DNA from: Microthyrium microscopicum
Lineage: Eukaryota
NCBI GenBank assembly: GCA_010405405.1
Contig: MU004230.1
Location: forward strand, 1,150,627-1,214,626
Length of the DNA: 64,000 bases
Direction of reading: 5' to 3'
The position numbers and the translations under genes were made by a program. Numbering within the stretch: the first letter of the stretch is position 1; every line of letters begins with the position of its first letter. The notes below the pieces were generated by a model. It saw nothing but the letters and a program-made list of their open reading frames with translations, did no database searches and was not told the DNA's origin. Of the stretch, positions 11,348 through 23,353 are shown in pieces.

Positions 11348-12680
11348 ATGTCGAAAGAAACAAGAGCTCCCGCTTCGGCGGCGACCAATCTTATAGGTAT
11401 TACAACCAGAAAAGAGCTCTGAAGCATCATACTAAAAGTGTTCTCAGCCGGTGGAGGTGCTGGAATGATGGAAGCTCTCATATGTCATCCTCTAGGTATT
11501 TCTTACAAGCCAACAACCAAAACTGTTATTAACAGAATGTCTAGATACAATCAAAGTCCGCATGCAGCTATCACGACGTGCGCGAGCTCCTGGTGTACGT
11601 AGAATCCCACCCTAATGATCAGACGAGTCGCGTAGAGTTCAAGGAGAACCACCTAGATTCGAAGCCCTTCTGGACTGTTTAAAATCGGAAGCTAATATTC
11701 AAGCTAGGTAAAAGCGCTTGGATTCATAGGAACTGGTGCCTCGATTGTAAAGAGAGAAACCGCGCTTGGTCTATACAAAGGTCTCGGAGCTGTTCTGACG
11801 GGTATCGTACCGAAGATGGCTATTCGATTTACCTCGTACGAGCAATATAAGCAATTACTGGCAAAAGATGGAATGACGACGGCTGGTGGTACTTTTATTG
11901 GTGAGTTTGTCTTGACGTTCAGTCGTAGGAGCAACGAGGTTGAAGATTGATCATTTCCGAGACCTTAGACCAGCTTTTCTGTTTCAAGTCATACGTTAGA
12001 AGATGCTAATTCATTGGATAGCCGGTCTCGCAGCAGGTGTCACAGAAGCAGCGTTAGTGGTAACACCAATGGAAGTCATCAAAATCAGACTTCAAGCTCA
12101 ACAGCACTCCATGGCTGATCCTCTCGACATTCCGAAATACCGCAATGCCGCACACTGTTTATACACCGTAGTCAAGGAAGAAGGCCCTATGACATTGTGG
12201 CGAGGAGTGTCACTTACAGCATTAAGGCAAGGCACAAACCAAGCTGGTATGCTTTATATGAACACTTTTCAATCAGATTACAGCACTAACCCGTATACAG
12301 CTAACTTCACTGCCTACTCTTACCTCCGAACGAAATTAGCAGAGCACCATAAAGGGGAAGCTATTCCTGGATGGCAAACATCCATTATAGGACTCATTTC
12401 CGGTGCAATGGGTCCCTTCTCCAATGCTCCCATCGACACCATCAAAACCCGTCTCCAAAAAGCCACCGCTCAACCAGGCGAATCAGCCGTCAAACGAATC
12501 GTCAATATCGCGTCAGATATGTGGAAGACAGAAGGTGTACAGAGTTTCTACAAGGGAATCACACCCCGAGTGATGCGTGTTGCTCCAGGCCAAGCAGTTA
12601 CCTTCACCGTGTACGAATATGTTCGAGCAATCTTGGAAAAGACAAAAGAAATGCCGATCGCCGACAAGTTTGAGGAATAA
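11348..12680 (+). CDS. SFC1: Mitochondrial succinate-fumarate carrier, 6 exons
   Basis: Spliced: MSKETRAPASAATNLIAGGGAGMMEALICHPLDTIKVRMQLSRR...GIVPKMAIRFTSYE...VVTPMEVIKIRLQAQ...PKYRNAAH...NAPIDTIKTRLQK...GITPRVMRVAPGQAVTF; three PxD/ExxK carrier signatures. Confidence 0.9.
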
Positions 12681-12896
12681 GCTTCCATAACGGACTGGCT
12701 ACCAGATTTCATATTCTCATTTTTCATGTTGAAAGCATTTTGAACTGGTGTTTGGCCATGCAGGACTCTGAACGATTCAAGAGACCTAGCATTACTGTGT
12801 AGAGAAAATCTGGGCAGCATGATATACGTGCTGCTACATAGCTTTGGCGATTCGGATCTGTGTATTAATTGATATCCTATAAAACATCAATTCAAA

Positions 12897-13553
12897 CTAA
12901 GCTTTCGACACGACTTTTCTCACTGTGTCCAAATCCAGCTCCCCCTTCTTACCCCAGCCGCCCTGTCCACTCTTGACTGTAGGTCTGAACTCTTCATACA
13001 TATGAAAGGCTGCTTTATTCAAGTCCTCAAGACCATCTGAACTCCAGCTCTGCAGACTTTCTTCAAACACTTTCCTCACGTCCTCATACCGATCACCAAA
13101 CTTCTTGCTCAGCAACTCCTCCTTCGCAGGCTTCATATCGCTCTTCTTCAGCTTGAAATGCATGACCTCCAGACGCTCAGATTTTGCTGACTTTTTGGTC
13201 GAGTCTTTCTCATCTTTATCCTTCTCTTCAATCACGCCGATAGATTTGCCTTTAGCCACTGCACAGAGTCGCGCAACTGAGGTTCCGGCGCTCAGACATG
13301 TGGACCAAGGTAGATCCGGGTGGACTTTGTGTGCTACACATGCGCCCCATAGCTGAAGGACTGGAGAGCGATTGATCAAAACAACCGAGGAGGATGATTT
13401 TGATGGAGTCTTTTGCCGCTTCGAAGTTGTAGTTGATTTTGCTTCAGAGGTATCAGGTTCCTTGCGTTTGCGAGAGACGTTGGCTGGAGTTTTTGTCTTT
13501 GCTGGAGCTTTCGATGCCTCAGCCTTTGAGGCGGCGGACCTAGTTGTGACCAT
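12897..13553 (-). CDS. Hypothetical protein, 218 aa; basic disordered N-terminus plus globular domain
   Basis: Single ORF; NLS-like RKRK; globular part INRSPVLQLW...MYEEFRPTV.SGQGGWGKKGELDL. Confidence 0.75.
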   Translation of the reverse strand: MVTTRSAASKAEASKAPAKTKTPANVSRKRKEPDTSEAKSTTTSKRQKTPSKSSSSVVLINRSPVLQLWGACVAHKVHPDLPWSTCLSAGTSVARLCAVAKGKSIGVIEEKDKDEKDSTKKSAKSERLEVMHFKLKKSDMKPAKEELLSKKFGDRYEDVRKVFEESLQSWSSDGLEDLNKAAFHMYEEFRPTVKSGQGGWGKKGELDLDTVRKVVSKA

Positions 13554-14090
13554 GATTTCGAGATTTTGGAGAGTGTACTTGACTAAGTTTCGATTCTACC
13601 GGTTGTTTGTTATGTGGCAGGTGGTCAAACATTCGTGAGTGACGTAGAGGTCACAACACAAGGGATATCTCGGAGTTAGCTCCGGGAATTTCAGAGTCAG
13701 TCCACGCTTTCATTTTTCGTCTCATATTTATGTAACTTTCAATAGTTGTGTTTTAGCAAAATGAGAACTCCAGAGAAATGCATTACAAGCATGTGGAATA
13801 TGTGGTTGAATGGTACAACAATCATACACGATCAGCAAGTTCTTGTCAAACACTGGACTTTCATGAGCTAAATTGATATAGGTTGTTAATAAAATACCAA
13901 TGAGAATTATGCGTTATTACCACTACCTTATAAACCAGGATACGCCCTACATCTATACTCGGTACTGCCGCCACCGAACTTTTGCACCATGAACAAATCA
14001 ATCCATTTTAGACTGGGTTGTTGATGTCTGTCAATCTTGTCTCCTCCTCGAGACTGAAGCCTCGAAGCGCGGATGAGACACTAGTTACCT

Positions 14091-15648
14091 TCAAAGACGA
14101 CTGGAATCAAGTTCTGCGGGGTCAGGCATCCATTTTCGACGCTTCGCAGGTCTCTCGCCGTCTTCATCATTCTCGTTCTGTTCAGAGCGTGCAGCAATAT
14201 CGAGACCTCTTGTAGCATAGGGAGCAGCCTCTGCACCAGTCGAAATCGCAGGTGAGGAAGCTCGTGCAGCGTCATCTTCCTTGACCTTGGCAAGCCATTG
14301 GACTTTCTTCCACCTGGAAGTGCCAGTGAGACTCAATCCACGAGCTACAAGCAGAGCTTTGATCTCCTTGATTGTCTTATGTGCATAGGGATCAGATAAA
14401 TCATCTTTGCTGGGGCGAGAAGTTTTGTTTAGTCGCGGTCTTAGAGTTTCGGCACGTGTTGGACTTGCTGCGAGAGTCGTAGATATATTTGCTTGCTTAC
14501 CAGCAGACTGAGGTCGTGGTGGAGTGGTTGGTTTGGCGATTTCATACCCAGTGCTATCATCAAAAAAGTCCTTCTCACTCCAGTTATCTTTGAAAGGTTC
14601 GTTTTCGCCGTCAAAGTACCCAGAATTGTCGGGGGCATCGGCCTCTTCGCCTTCTCGTATGATAGATTCCTCTTCAAGTTTAGTAGTCTCCGCCTCTTGG
14701 AGCAAAATTATCTGTTCTCGTATCCATCTGATGAGCAGCGAGTGGCCATATTCAGATACACCAGGCTTTCGCAGGCTGTGATAAAGCAGATACTCGATGA
14801 AAGTCAGCTTTTCTGACTGCTCTTTGGGGTCTTTCAAAAAGTATTTGAACGATATCCTGTTCGTTGTTGAAGAACTGGAAGATCCTAAAAAGCCGCCAGT
14901 TTCGCGCGATCTACTTGCAAGATACGGCCATAGTAGACGACCAAACTCTGGCGTTTTTTCATCTTTTGCGTTCCTGGCCTCCGTAGCAGATTCTTCTCTC
15001 ACTTCGTGCTGCGGCTTTTGGGAATCTTGAGCTTTGAACCCTTCCTCGTAAACCCCTAGAATGTTCGTGATTTGCCTTGGCAGCGGACCTTTGTCTCCTG
15101 GTTCCAGATATCCCTTGAAACTTTCAATCGCTTCTGGGCTGTCTTGGTTCCTGATGTTTTGTTGGAATGTACGGAATTGCATCCAATCCCCTAGCTGACG
15201 CATGAATACTCGCCATTCGGCAGAATCACCTTGCTGCCAATATGGCAATACGTATCCCCATTTGTCTTCATAACGATGTTGCAAGACAGTCGCATACAGC
15301 TGGAGTGGGTGTGAAGGTCTACCGCCTTCGCTCAACAGGATATGATATGCTTCACCCTCCTGTTGCTCTTCTAACTCCTTCACAGATAGCTCAGATTTGT
15401 CAAGCTTTGTTGCGTTCTTTGTATTTCCTTTACCCAGTCGAGATGACCAAGCTTGCTGCAATTCCGCAGAAAGGGTTGTTCGTTTGATAGTCGACGTGAC
15501 TGATATGTCAACTTCCTTGGTGAAGCGCTGCGCTTCTTCATCATCGTCCGACACTGCCGACCTGGTTCCAAAAAATTAGTTTATGATAACACGTTGAATA
15601 TGGTATAATTAAAACTTACCTTTTGTGTTCGTGGTGGATTTCCGACAT
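14091..15648 (-). CDS. Hypothetical protein, about 500 aa, with a C-terminal SAP-like helical motif and NLS; 2 exons
   Basis: ATG 15648 (MSEIHHEHKR); intron 15562-15619 (GTAAGT...CTAAT...CAG) joins in frame to the 487-aa ORF. Contains YAHKTIKEIKALLVARGLSLTG and RPAKRRK. Confidence 0.7.
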
Positions 15649-16071
15649 ACTTGTCCCGCAAACTTCAAAATTTAATCTCTGGAATGCTTTATTGTACTGC
15701 AAATTTCCAAGTGAGTTGATACGGTGTTCAATTAAAGAAGTTTGAACTTGAAAAGTGCAAGTGAAAGAACGCCGGAAATGGTCGAACAAGGCTGAAAGCA
15801 GCGATAAGGCTGGATGGGCGCGCTAGCGCACCACGCGATCACGCTAGCCCCATGCGACGCTAGTAGCTGCACGCAACGCTAGTCGACCAGCGATGCGGGG
15901 ACCCCTGTACAAGCATCGTCATCACTCCATAATAACATGACTATTATTCTGGATGGAAGAAAAATATGTGAGTAGGAATCGGGAATTCGTGAATTCATTA
16001 CTATCATAACAAGTATTGTAACATTGACGTCCACCCCAATGCATGTTGATTTCTCTTCGAGTCATGTTGAT

Positions 16072-16337
16072 TTAGTTGTGCTTGACGTAGTTGTTGAAGA
16101 GGCTACCCAAGACGCCGGGCTTTGAATGTGTAGCATCTTGTTTATGGTCATCGACGCTTCCCTTTCCATCGTTCACTTTTCGAAATCCCTGATAGCGTTC
16201 GATGGACTGTTCTTTGTTAGTTCGTGGCAGAGTCAAAGAGGTGTGACAACACTTACGGAGCGGCGACGTGAAGACTCTTCGGCTGGAGCAGTAGATCCCA
16301 CGCCTTGTTGCTGTTGTTGTTGTGCGTTGTCAGACAT
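16072..16337 (-). CDS. Spliced 71-aa microprotein
   Basis: Exon 16257-16337, intron 16207-16256 (GTAAGT...CTAAC...CAG), exon 16072-16206: MSDNAQQQQQQGVGSTAPAEESSRRRSSIERYQGFRKVNDGKGSVDDHKQDATHSKPGVLGSLFNNYVKHN. Confidence 0.7.
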
Positions 16338-17250
16338 GATGTTTGAGGTTGATATATCGGCGTTGGTGAAATTGATTTGAGGTAGTTATCAGTAGGTAGT
16401 AGATGTGTAGATGTGTAGATGAGAGATGAGGTTGAGAATCGTTGGACTGAACGGGCATGTATGCACTTATGAAGGCAACTCGACTGTCAGCTGCGTTGTA
16501 AGCATTCTGTAAGCTACGATCCATGAAAGGGTTCAGTCTCCTGATGCTCGCTTTGTTTGATGCGCTAACCATGCTAGTGATGTTGTGTAATCCATATGAT
16601 TGGTATGATTGAATTCTTTGGCGATTCGAAATGAGGCCTCGATCTACAGATATTCCCCACTTAAGCTCAAAAAGTTATAGTGTTCTATCTTCGGTTTCGA
16701 TGACCAGTTGGATTTTACATCATTGCCTATCAATTGGAGATAAGCCTTGTGCGATCTCAATATCCTTATGTCGCATCCCCAGTGATGATTCGCTAACCTC
16801 GCTCTATGTGGTGGTCATGACGCCTTGAACTATTATTAGTAGGGATAGTGCATAGACATCGGAATTTACTCCTAACACATTCCCCAGGATAAGATCATCG
16901 GGCTGCTGACGACTTGAATATGCCATCGTCAAGGACTGGAGTGCAAGTGTTTCTTGCTACCTGTTAGGACTAACGACAACATGCCAACCATTTGCACGAG
17001 TCAATTACACGTGCTCATCACAACGGACAATTATTGATGTGGTAAGCAAGGGAAGCGCGATTGGGTGGCATGAAATTTAACTCGGCTATTTTCACGTTAG
17101 GAAATCAATAGTCACCAAAGGAGAGGAACACACAAGTATTGATCAAATCAGTATTTGATATTGAAGCTATTTGAGAAATATGGCATCGAGATGTCCATAA
17201 GAGAAGAGAAATTATCCAAGTACTCGCACCACAGCAGACCCAGTGCCATC

Positions 17251-18279
17251 TTACTCATATATCCTGACACTGTTGATGAGCCAGTACACATCAGTGAAAG
17301 CTCCTGGGTTGTTGGTCACATACTCGTCGCAAGTAGGCGCGAGCTTACTGCAAACTGGGTTGCTTGACCAAACTCCACCAGCCCAAGCTCCACAGAAATC
17401 AGTGTTAATGATAACTTGCAAGTCCTTGAAGTGACTGGTGACGGCATTAGTTGCGAAAACAGCATTGGGGGTTCCCCAAGTGCTGCCGGTGCTTACGGTT
17501 GGGTTGGACAGAGAAGCTGCTGCGATATCAGCAGGAATCTTGTCCCGAGGGAAGAACCAGATTTTGATACCATCTGGTTGGATAAGAGTTGCGAAGACAC
17601 CGCCTCCGTTATTGTTGAAAGCGGTGCCATAAGAGCCAGCCGAGGGAACATCTTGAATACCGCAGCCAGAATTTGTTGGCTGGTCGGAAGCAGTGACGTC
17701 GCAGTTGGCAGTTACTATCTTACCTTTCATCGAGGCCTGGGTCTGGGTATCGTTGCTGAGCTTGATACCGGAGGTGGTATGCAGAGTATAGCTGTTGGCA
17801 TCTGCATTGTTGACACCTTCGAGAATATCAATCTCGCCAGACTTTGGCCAATCCGCGCCAGTACCAAGAAGCCAGAATGCTGGCCAAGATCCACAAACAG
17901 GGGCAGGCATGTGCAGAATGTCTACGATGACAAGGCCGAGGTTGACTTTTGGCTTGCTCTCAATTCTGACTGATTGTCTGCCATTGGGAGCCTTGTTCAC
18001 GGAGTCTACAGTCAGTAAGATGGGGTCTGTTGGGCCAGCATTTGGCACACCTTGAGCAAAGCCAGCGAGAGTACCGTTGGCCGTTTGGGCATCAACATAC
18101 TGGACGTGTCCATTGGTCGGATCAGGTCCAGAGTAGAAGTTCCACTCATCGAAGAAGTGGAGGCCAGAGAGATCATACTTCATCTGAAGCATGGTATCGG
18201 TAGGAAGTGCTAATGCACGCTGGATGAACGTGCTAAGAATGATTAGCGCGTGGATGAGATGCATCGTGAGTACCAGCAT
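17251..18279 (-). CDS. Secreted GH16 endo-1,3(4)-beta-glucanase (Lam16A-like)
   Basis: Signal peptide (start at 18279 or 18264), DPTNGHVQYV, GRQSVRIESK, CGSWPAFW, catalytic EIDILE, NTDFCGAWAG. Confidence 0.9.
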   Translation of the reverse strand: MLVLTMHLIHALIILSTFIQRALALPTDTMLQMKYDLSGLHFFDEWNFYSGPDPTNGHVQYVDAQTANGTLAGFAQGVPNAGPTDPILLTVDSVNKAPNGRQSVRIESKPKVNLGLVIVDILHMPAPVCGSWPAFWLLGTGADWPKSGEIDILEGVNNADANSYTLHTTSGIKLSNDTQTQASMKGKIVTANCDVTASDQPTNSGCGIQDVPSAGSYGTAFNNNGGGVFATLIQPDGIKIWFFPRDKIPADIAAASLSNPTVSTGSTWGTPNAVFATNAVTSHFKDLQVIINTDFCGAWAGGVWSSNPVCSKLAPTCDEYVTNNPGAFTDVYWLINSVRIYE

Positions 18280-18941
18280 CTTGTGATAAGATATCGTGCG
18301 GAAGTTAGAGATTTTGCTTGAAGTCGATTGCTGAATTGGGCCGCTTTCAAACGTTCTTTGGACAAGTCGCTGTAAACGATTTGATCTGACATTGCTAAGA
18401 TAACGATTGCAACGTCTTAAATGCTTTCGAAGAAGAGATATATAAAAAGATAGTATCATCAGTGCTCTCCTTTACTTGCGTGACTAGAGTCTTTATAGCC
18501 AGCACAAACAAAGAAATTCAGCGTCTTACATCGTCTTTTGGTAGATTGAGACAAAGTCTTTGTGTGTATCGTAGCTGACAGCCTACAGGTGCGCGATGAG
18601 AGAATTCGATACCGCAACAGTAAAACTCGTTAGGTCTACTTCTCTTTACTATGATACCGTTCTTCTATCTTCCCACAGTTTTTGTCGATCTATCCCGGCG
18701 AAACTCAAAATTAATTGCATGGTCCAGTCTTCGCCATTTGAAACTGCCTGCCTTTGCCTGCCATAGGATATATACAGTACTTTTCTTTCCATGATGATCA
18801 ATCAACCGGTAACAAGCATTGAAATAGACGAAATGATTCTGACGGACGGACCGTTATGTTCGCTCAGTCCGCAGGAATGAAGTAGCGATCGCTGAATAGC
18901 CACATTTATTGTATCACAGAAATATCTACCGGAGATGAGTA

Positions 18942-20190
18942 TCAAGCAATTCCTATCTCCTGCCAGAACTTCCATATTTCTGCAGCCACTTCGTCCGACA
19001 TTGATATGGGAAGCTCGTGTCCGACCTTGAATAAAACCATCTTGACGTTCTGCTCACCCAGCGCCTCTTTGATATCAGGCTCTGTATCTTCTCTGACAAT
19101 CTGAACATCATCTTCTCCCAGTAGGACGGCAACTTTGCGTCCAACAAGTCCATGATCATCTTCACCCACAGCTTCCAACCGTTTCCTGATCTGAGCCCAG
19201 CTTTGATGTTGACCGGAGAGAGGCGCATATTTCATTGAGCCTATCAAAGCGCTGGGGAAGCCTTGATTGTTATCAACCTGCCATTTCATTGCATGAAAGA
19301 CTCGCAGTAGTGCCTCTTGACCATTACTTTCGGAGGGAGTTTTCTGCTCAACCATCTCTGGTTGTACCTCTGTTGTGCGAGTTATGGGTTTTTGCTTTTC
19401 AGTAGAACTGCGAATGAGTCGCCGCAGTAATGAGCTTGGTAAGATGCTCTCGGCGATAGACATGAACCTGCGCATCATGCTTATGCGATGTCCTCTGATA
19501 AGTCCAGCTGGGGCTATTAGAACTAGAGACTTTACTGGTAAAGGAAAAGTTGCAGCAAAGTTCACAGCTAGAGCACCTCCCATGGAGTAACCGATTAGCG
19601 AGAATGCATTCACTCCTGTCCATGGGAGAGTGGATGAAGCCAGTACGCTCAGTATTTGAGTCATGTATAGGTGAGATGAATGGACAACTCCAATTGGTGT
19701 ATCCGAGAAGCCTCTTCCATACAGATCTGTTCAAGTTAGTCTTAGAGCTTTCAGTCTCAGATAACGTCAAACGAGCTGCATGGAAACCAAATTTCCCGAG
19801 TCTTTGGGCTTGATCGCCTAACAACTTACCAAAGAGCATCACTCGACATCCTTTCTCAACCAACTTTTTAGCTAGATCTACCAGTCCCACAGAGGGTATG
19901 CTGATTCCGTGCACTAGCAACACCTTCGGTCCATCCTCCGGACCAAACTCGTACACCCTGCAGTTTCCATATGGTGTACTGACAGTGCGTGCACCAGGTA
20001 GTGCATTTGGTGGGTAAGCAAGGTCAGAGATCTCGCTTGCACTCAATGTCGTTATCTTCGTCTCCAGTGGTGAAGGGGAGATGGCTACGTAAGCTGCTTG
20101 ACGGAGTTGGACGTTTCGAGCATAGGTGAAGCCTAGCACGGCTGAGGCGACGCCTATTGTGGCTGTTGACAGTGATAGATATGACGGCAT
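18942..20190 (-). CDS. Alpha/beta hydrolase with N-terminal membrane anchor, 2 exons
   Basis: Intron 19727-19829 restores MLFDLYGRGFSDTP; LLVHGIS oxyanion segment, GYSMGG nucleophile elbow, GEDD, VGHEL. Confidence 0.85.
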
Positions 20191-20933
20191 GATGATCTGC
20201 TCAAAGAACACGATGGTTCACCGGATTTAGTTTACAAAGATTCGTAGTTTGGAAGTGCGAAAGTTGCGTGTAGCTTTGATTATTGTGCTGGATGTAGGGT
20301 TTCGGCATTCAACTTCGTCTCATCGTGGTGAGAGTTCAGGGCGGAACTAAGCATCCTTAACTAATTCTAATTCACCCAATGCACCCCTGGGAACCTAAAC
20401 GAAATATTTTCAGCGAATCTGTCGTTCAAGTGTTTTCTGAGTAAAATGATCAAGTTCCTAGCGTCATAACTGTCAGGATTATTGGGTCAAAAACAGAAGA
20501 ATTGGTTACTGAATTATTACGACATTACGTATATATATTTGACAATAACGAGCCAACAGAATAACTGTTTTGATCCTATCAGCTGTGATAGTTCCCCCAT
20601 CCTTTATTCAATTACTCTACCGAGTGCTACATTTCTAAAGAGGGCTTTGACTTCTAAACCGACTATCGGATACGCAGAGATATACAGCATCTTTCACTTG
20701 GTAACAGAAGCTGTATGCCGACAACGACGAAAGAGGGCTCCATTTTATGTTGGAAGGTGATCTAGCCAAGTTTCCTTTCATGGAGGAGTTTCTAGACCTT
20801 GGCTTCGAAGAGAGATGGATTAACTTGGGCGGTTAGTCTGAAGTACTTGTCATAAGATTTTCAAATTCCAGTATTTCCTCGAACCTGGATGCTATAAAAG
20901 CAGAATATGTACAATCAGCCAAAAGCTTTCTGC

Positions 20934-21312
20934 TCAAGGGCACTCTTTATTGCAAACTAAAACGGTGTTGGAGCCAGTCCAAAGTGAAGCATAACAATTA
21001 CGTACAGATGTGACAAGCAAGGTCTTGAATTCCATTGGCCGTATTGGAACCTCTCTCTCCAACGCCCCTTGATCGTCTGTTGCGTTGATTTTCATCCTCG
21101 CAAACTTGGTTACAATGGGCCTTGGAGGCTTTGCAGTTGCTCTTATCGCAACATTCTCCAAATTTATGATTGCAGCAATTCGCTGCTCCTACGAGAAAGT
21201 CAGCGTTTTTTAATGCCATGTTGAACATCATCCAGAGCATCATGCTCAATTTACCCGCGAGAGAAAAGTTGATACCCACTGCGAGTAATACTGAAATGGT
21301 TGAGTAACGCAT
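20934..21312 (-). CDS. Small secreted cysteine-rich protein, 87 aa, 10 Cys, 3 exons
   Basis: Introns 21189-21254 and 20957-21005 give MRYSTISVLLAVGINFSLAGAANCCNHKFGECCDKSNCKASKAHCNQVCEDENQRNRRSRGVGERGSNTANGIQDLACHIFCNKECP; exon lengths 58+183+23=264 nt. Confidence 0.75.
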
Positions 21313-22148
21313 TCTATAGGAAGGATTTATGGAAGCAGTAGTCAGTTATATGGTAGGAGCTGAAGCGAATAATCGAGGCATTGATGGTCTTTGGCGGAGG
21401 AGATAGCTTATAAAAACCAGAAGTTTGCGGGAATATTGGCGGAATTGCATACCTATTTTGGGTCCATTATATCTTGCTGAAGATCTAATTGTTCGAATGC
21501 TGAAGGATAGTGGACATGCGTAATCGTACGTCCTACTTGATCCTTCTGCCACCAAGACGCATCCTTCGGAGCCAATGTCCTTGAAACCTTGATATCGGAA
21601 TCATCCTGAAATGGTAGTTTTGGTAGAAGAGAAATGCAGATGAGCTTTTAAAAGAACGTAGTACTTCTATTCAAAGTATTGTTGAAAATTTGATAAAGTC
21701 CAACTAATCCTCTACTCCTATGCTCCAGAGTCACCTAAACCTGCTAGAATTCTTAAAAATATTCTTATCATAGCATGCTAAGATAGGGATATGCAATATC
21801 ATACTCATATCTCGACTTGATTGTTGCATTAAATATCAGAAGTAGTCGAAATCTGAGATCTAAAGCACCTTGCAAATTCATTATACACCGAGAGCTTAAA
21901 GAAGTAGAACATTTCGAGTGATATGGTGCTAGATCAGCACTTCTGTGAGTAATAAGTTAAGGAGACTTGGCCTCTTTCGGTAGACACGCAATAATATGCA
22001 AAATCTATATCATTACTCATTCATGCAGTCTGATCACAACCAAAACTGACATCTACAACGCTAAACCCGTATTTCCAAAACTAATGTACAGAACTACTCT
22101 AACATCAAGTTAGGAAACAGACAGTAATTCGCCACCCACCGCATTCGC

Positions 22149-23353
22149 TTATTTCAACTCCATCTTCTCCCCGTCATTCGGCCAATCAATCAAATCCATC
22201 CCACAAACCCGATACCGTCGATCTTTGTATGTACTATACATCTTCTCCCACACAAATCCCTGATCCTCATCCTTCGGCCTCAAATCCACAATCTTCTGAT
22301 ATGGCACGTCATACTGCGCGCCTGGCAATTGTGTGTCATCTAGCTGCATAAACGCTGTACTCTCCGAAAAGGCGGTTGCGTTGAACCTCTCCCCTACGGC
22401 AAGCGGCGCACGTACTTGTTCGACGGTTTTGTACAGTGTTGGCTTGAAGTCGGGATCTGTCTCTACGAGCAGTGGCTCCGAGTTGGGGAATTCGGCTCGC
22501 AGAAGCTCCATGTCGGATTTGTGGAATGGTTTACGTGCCGCGAGGGACGAGTATGTTTCCTTTGAGGGCGCGATGAGGAGCATGGATGGAGATGCTTGTG
22601 AGAGGGGTGGATAGGCGGAGAGCGTGGAGAGGGAGAAGTAGGCGAGGATGGAGTCGAGAGGGCGCGCGTTGAGGACGAGAGATGGGGAGGGGAGGACCAT
22701 GATGCGGTCGTAGCGGGTAAGGGAGAAGATGCTGGCGAGGGAGTAGGAGCTGGGTTCCGTTACTGATGTTATTAGTACGTGACCATACAAAAAATAGCTA
22801 GAATCGTACCGTTTGCTCCTTTTTCTACAGGACTGACGGGCACGAGAATGGTGCCGTATTGTCGGCTGGCTTTCTTCAGCATGCGTAGACTGATATCTAG
22901 GTCGCCGTTGCGTTCTGGTACTTCTTGTCCACTTTCTCGTTCTTCTACCCATGATTTGGGGAAGAGTAGGAGCTTTGGAGCTGGACTTCGAAGCCGATGT
23001 AGTTCATGGAAAAGTATCAAAGCATGGCATAGCTGCTCTGGACCGGTCGCCAATTGAGCATGCGCCAACTTGCTCCAGTCAAATGCCTTGGGCTCATGCC
23101 AATGTATCTGCTCTTGTAGCCTGCCCAGTGGCCTCGATAATCGTGATCTTGAATTTGTATACTCGATGGTCGGTACTGGATTGGAATTGTGTCTCGGCGA
23201 AGGCTGTTGAGGTCGTAACGTGGCATGAAGTTGCTCTAATGATTGTTGCTGTAATATGTATCCCGCTAGGAACAGTAAAAATGTGAAGCTGACTATAATA
23301 AAAGAAGAGATAGCGATCGAAACCTGCGAGCTCGTTAACAAAAGCTTCCCCAT
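22149..23353 (-). CDS. Type II membrane glycosyltransferase family 8-like (Gnt1-like) protein, 2 exons
   Basis: MGKLLLTSSQVS + TM helix; LAHAQLAT...LCHALILFHELHRLRSPAPKLLLFP; intron 22763-22809; FSLTRYDRI; ends W..MY..Y..RR..VCG. Confidence 0.75.

Noticed and set aside
18280..18459. N-terminal 60 aa of the 402-aa GH16 ORF
   Set aside because: Precedes the signal peptide and starts at a non-preferred upstream position; the real start is 18279 or 18264
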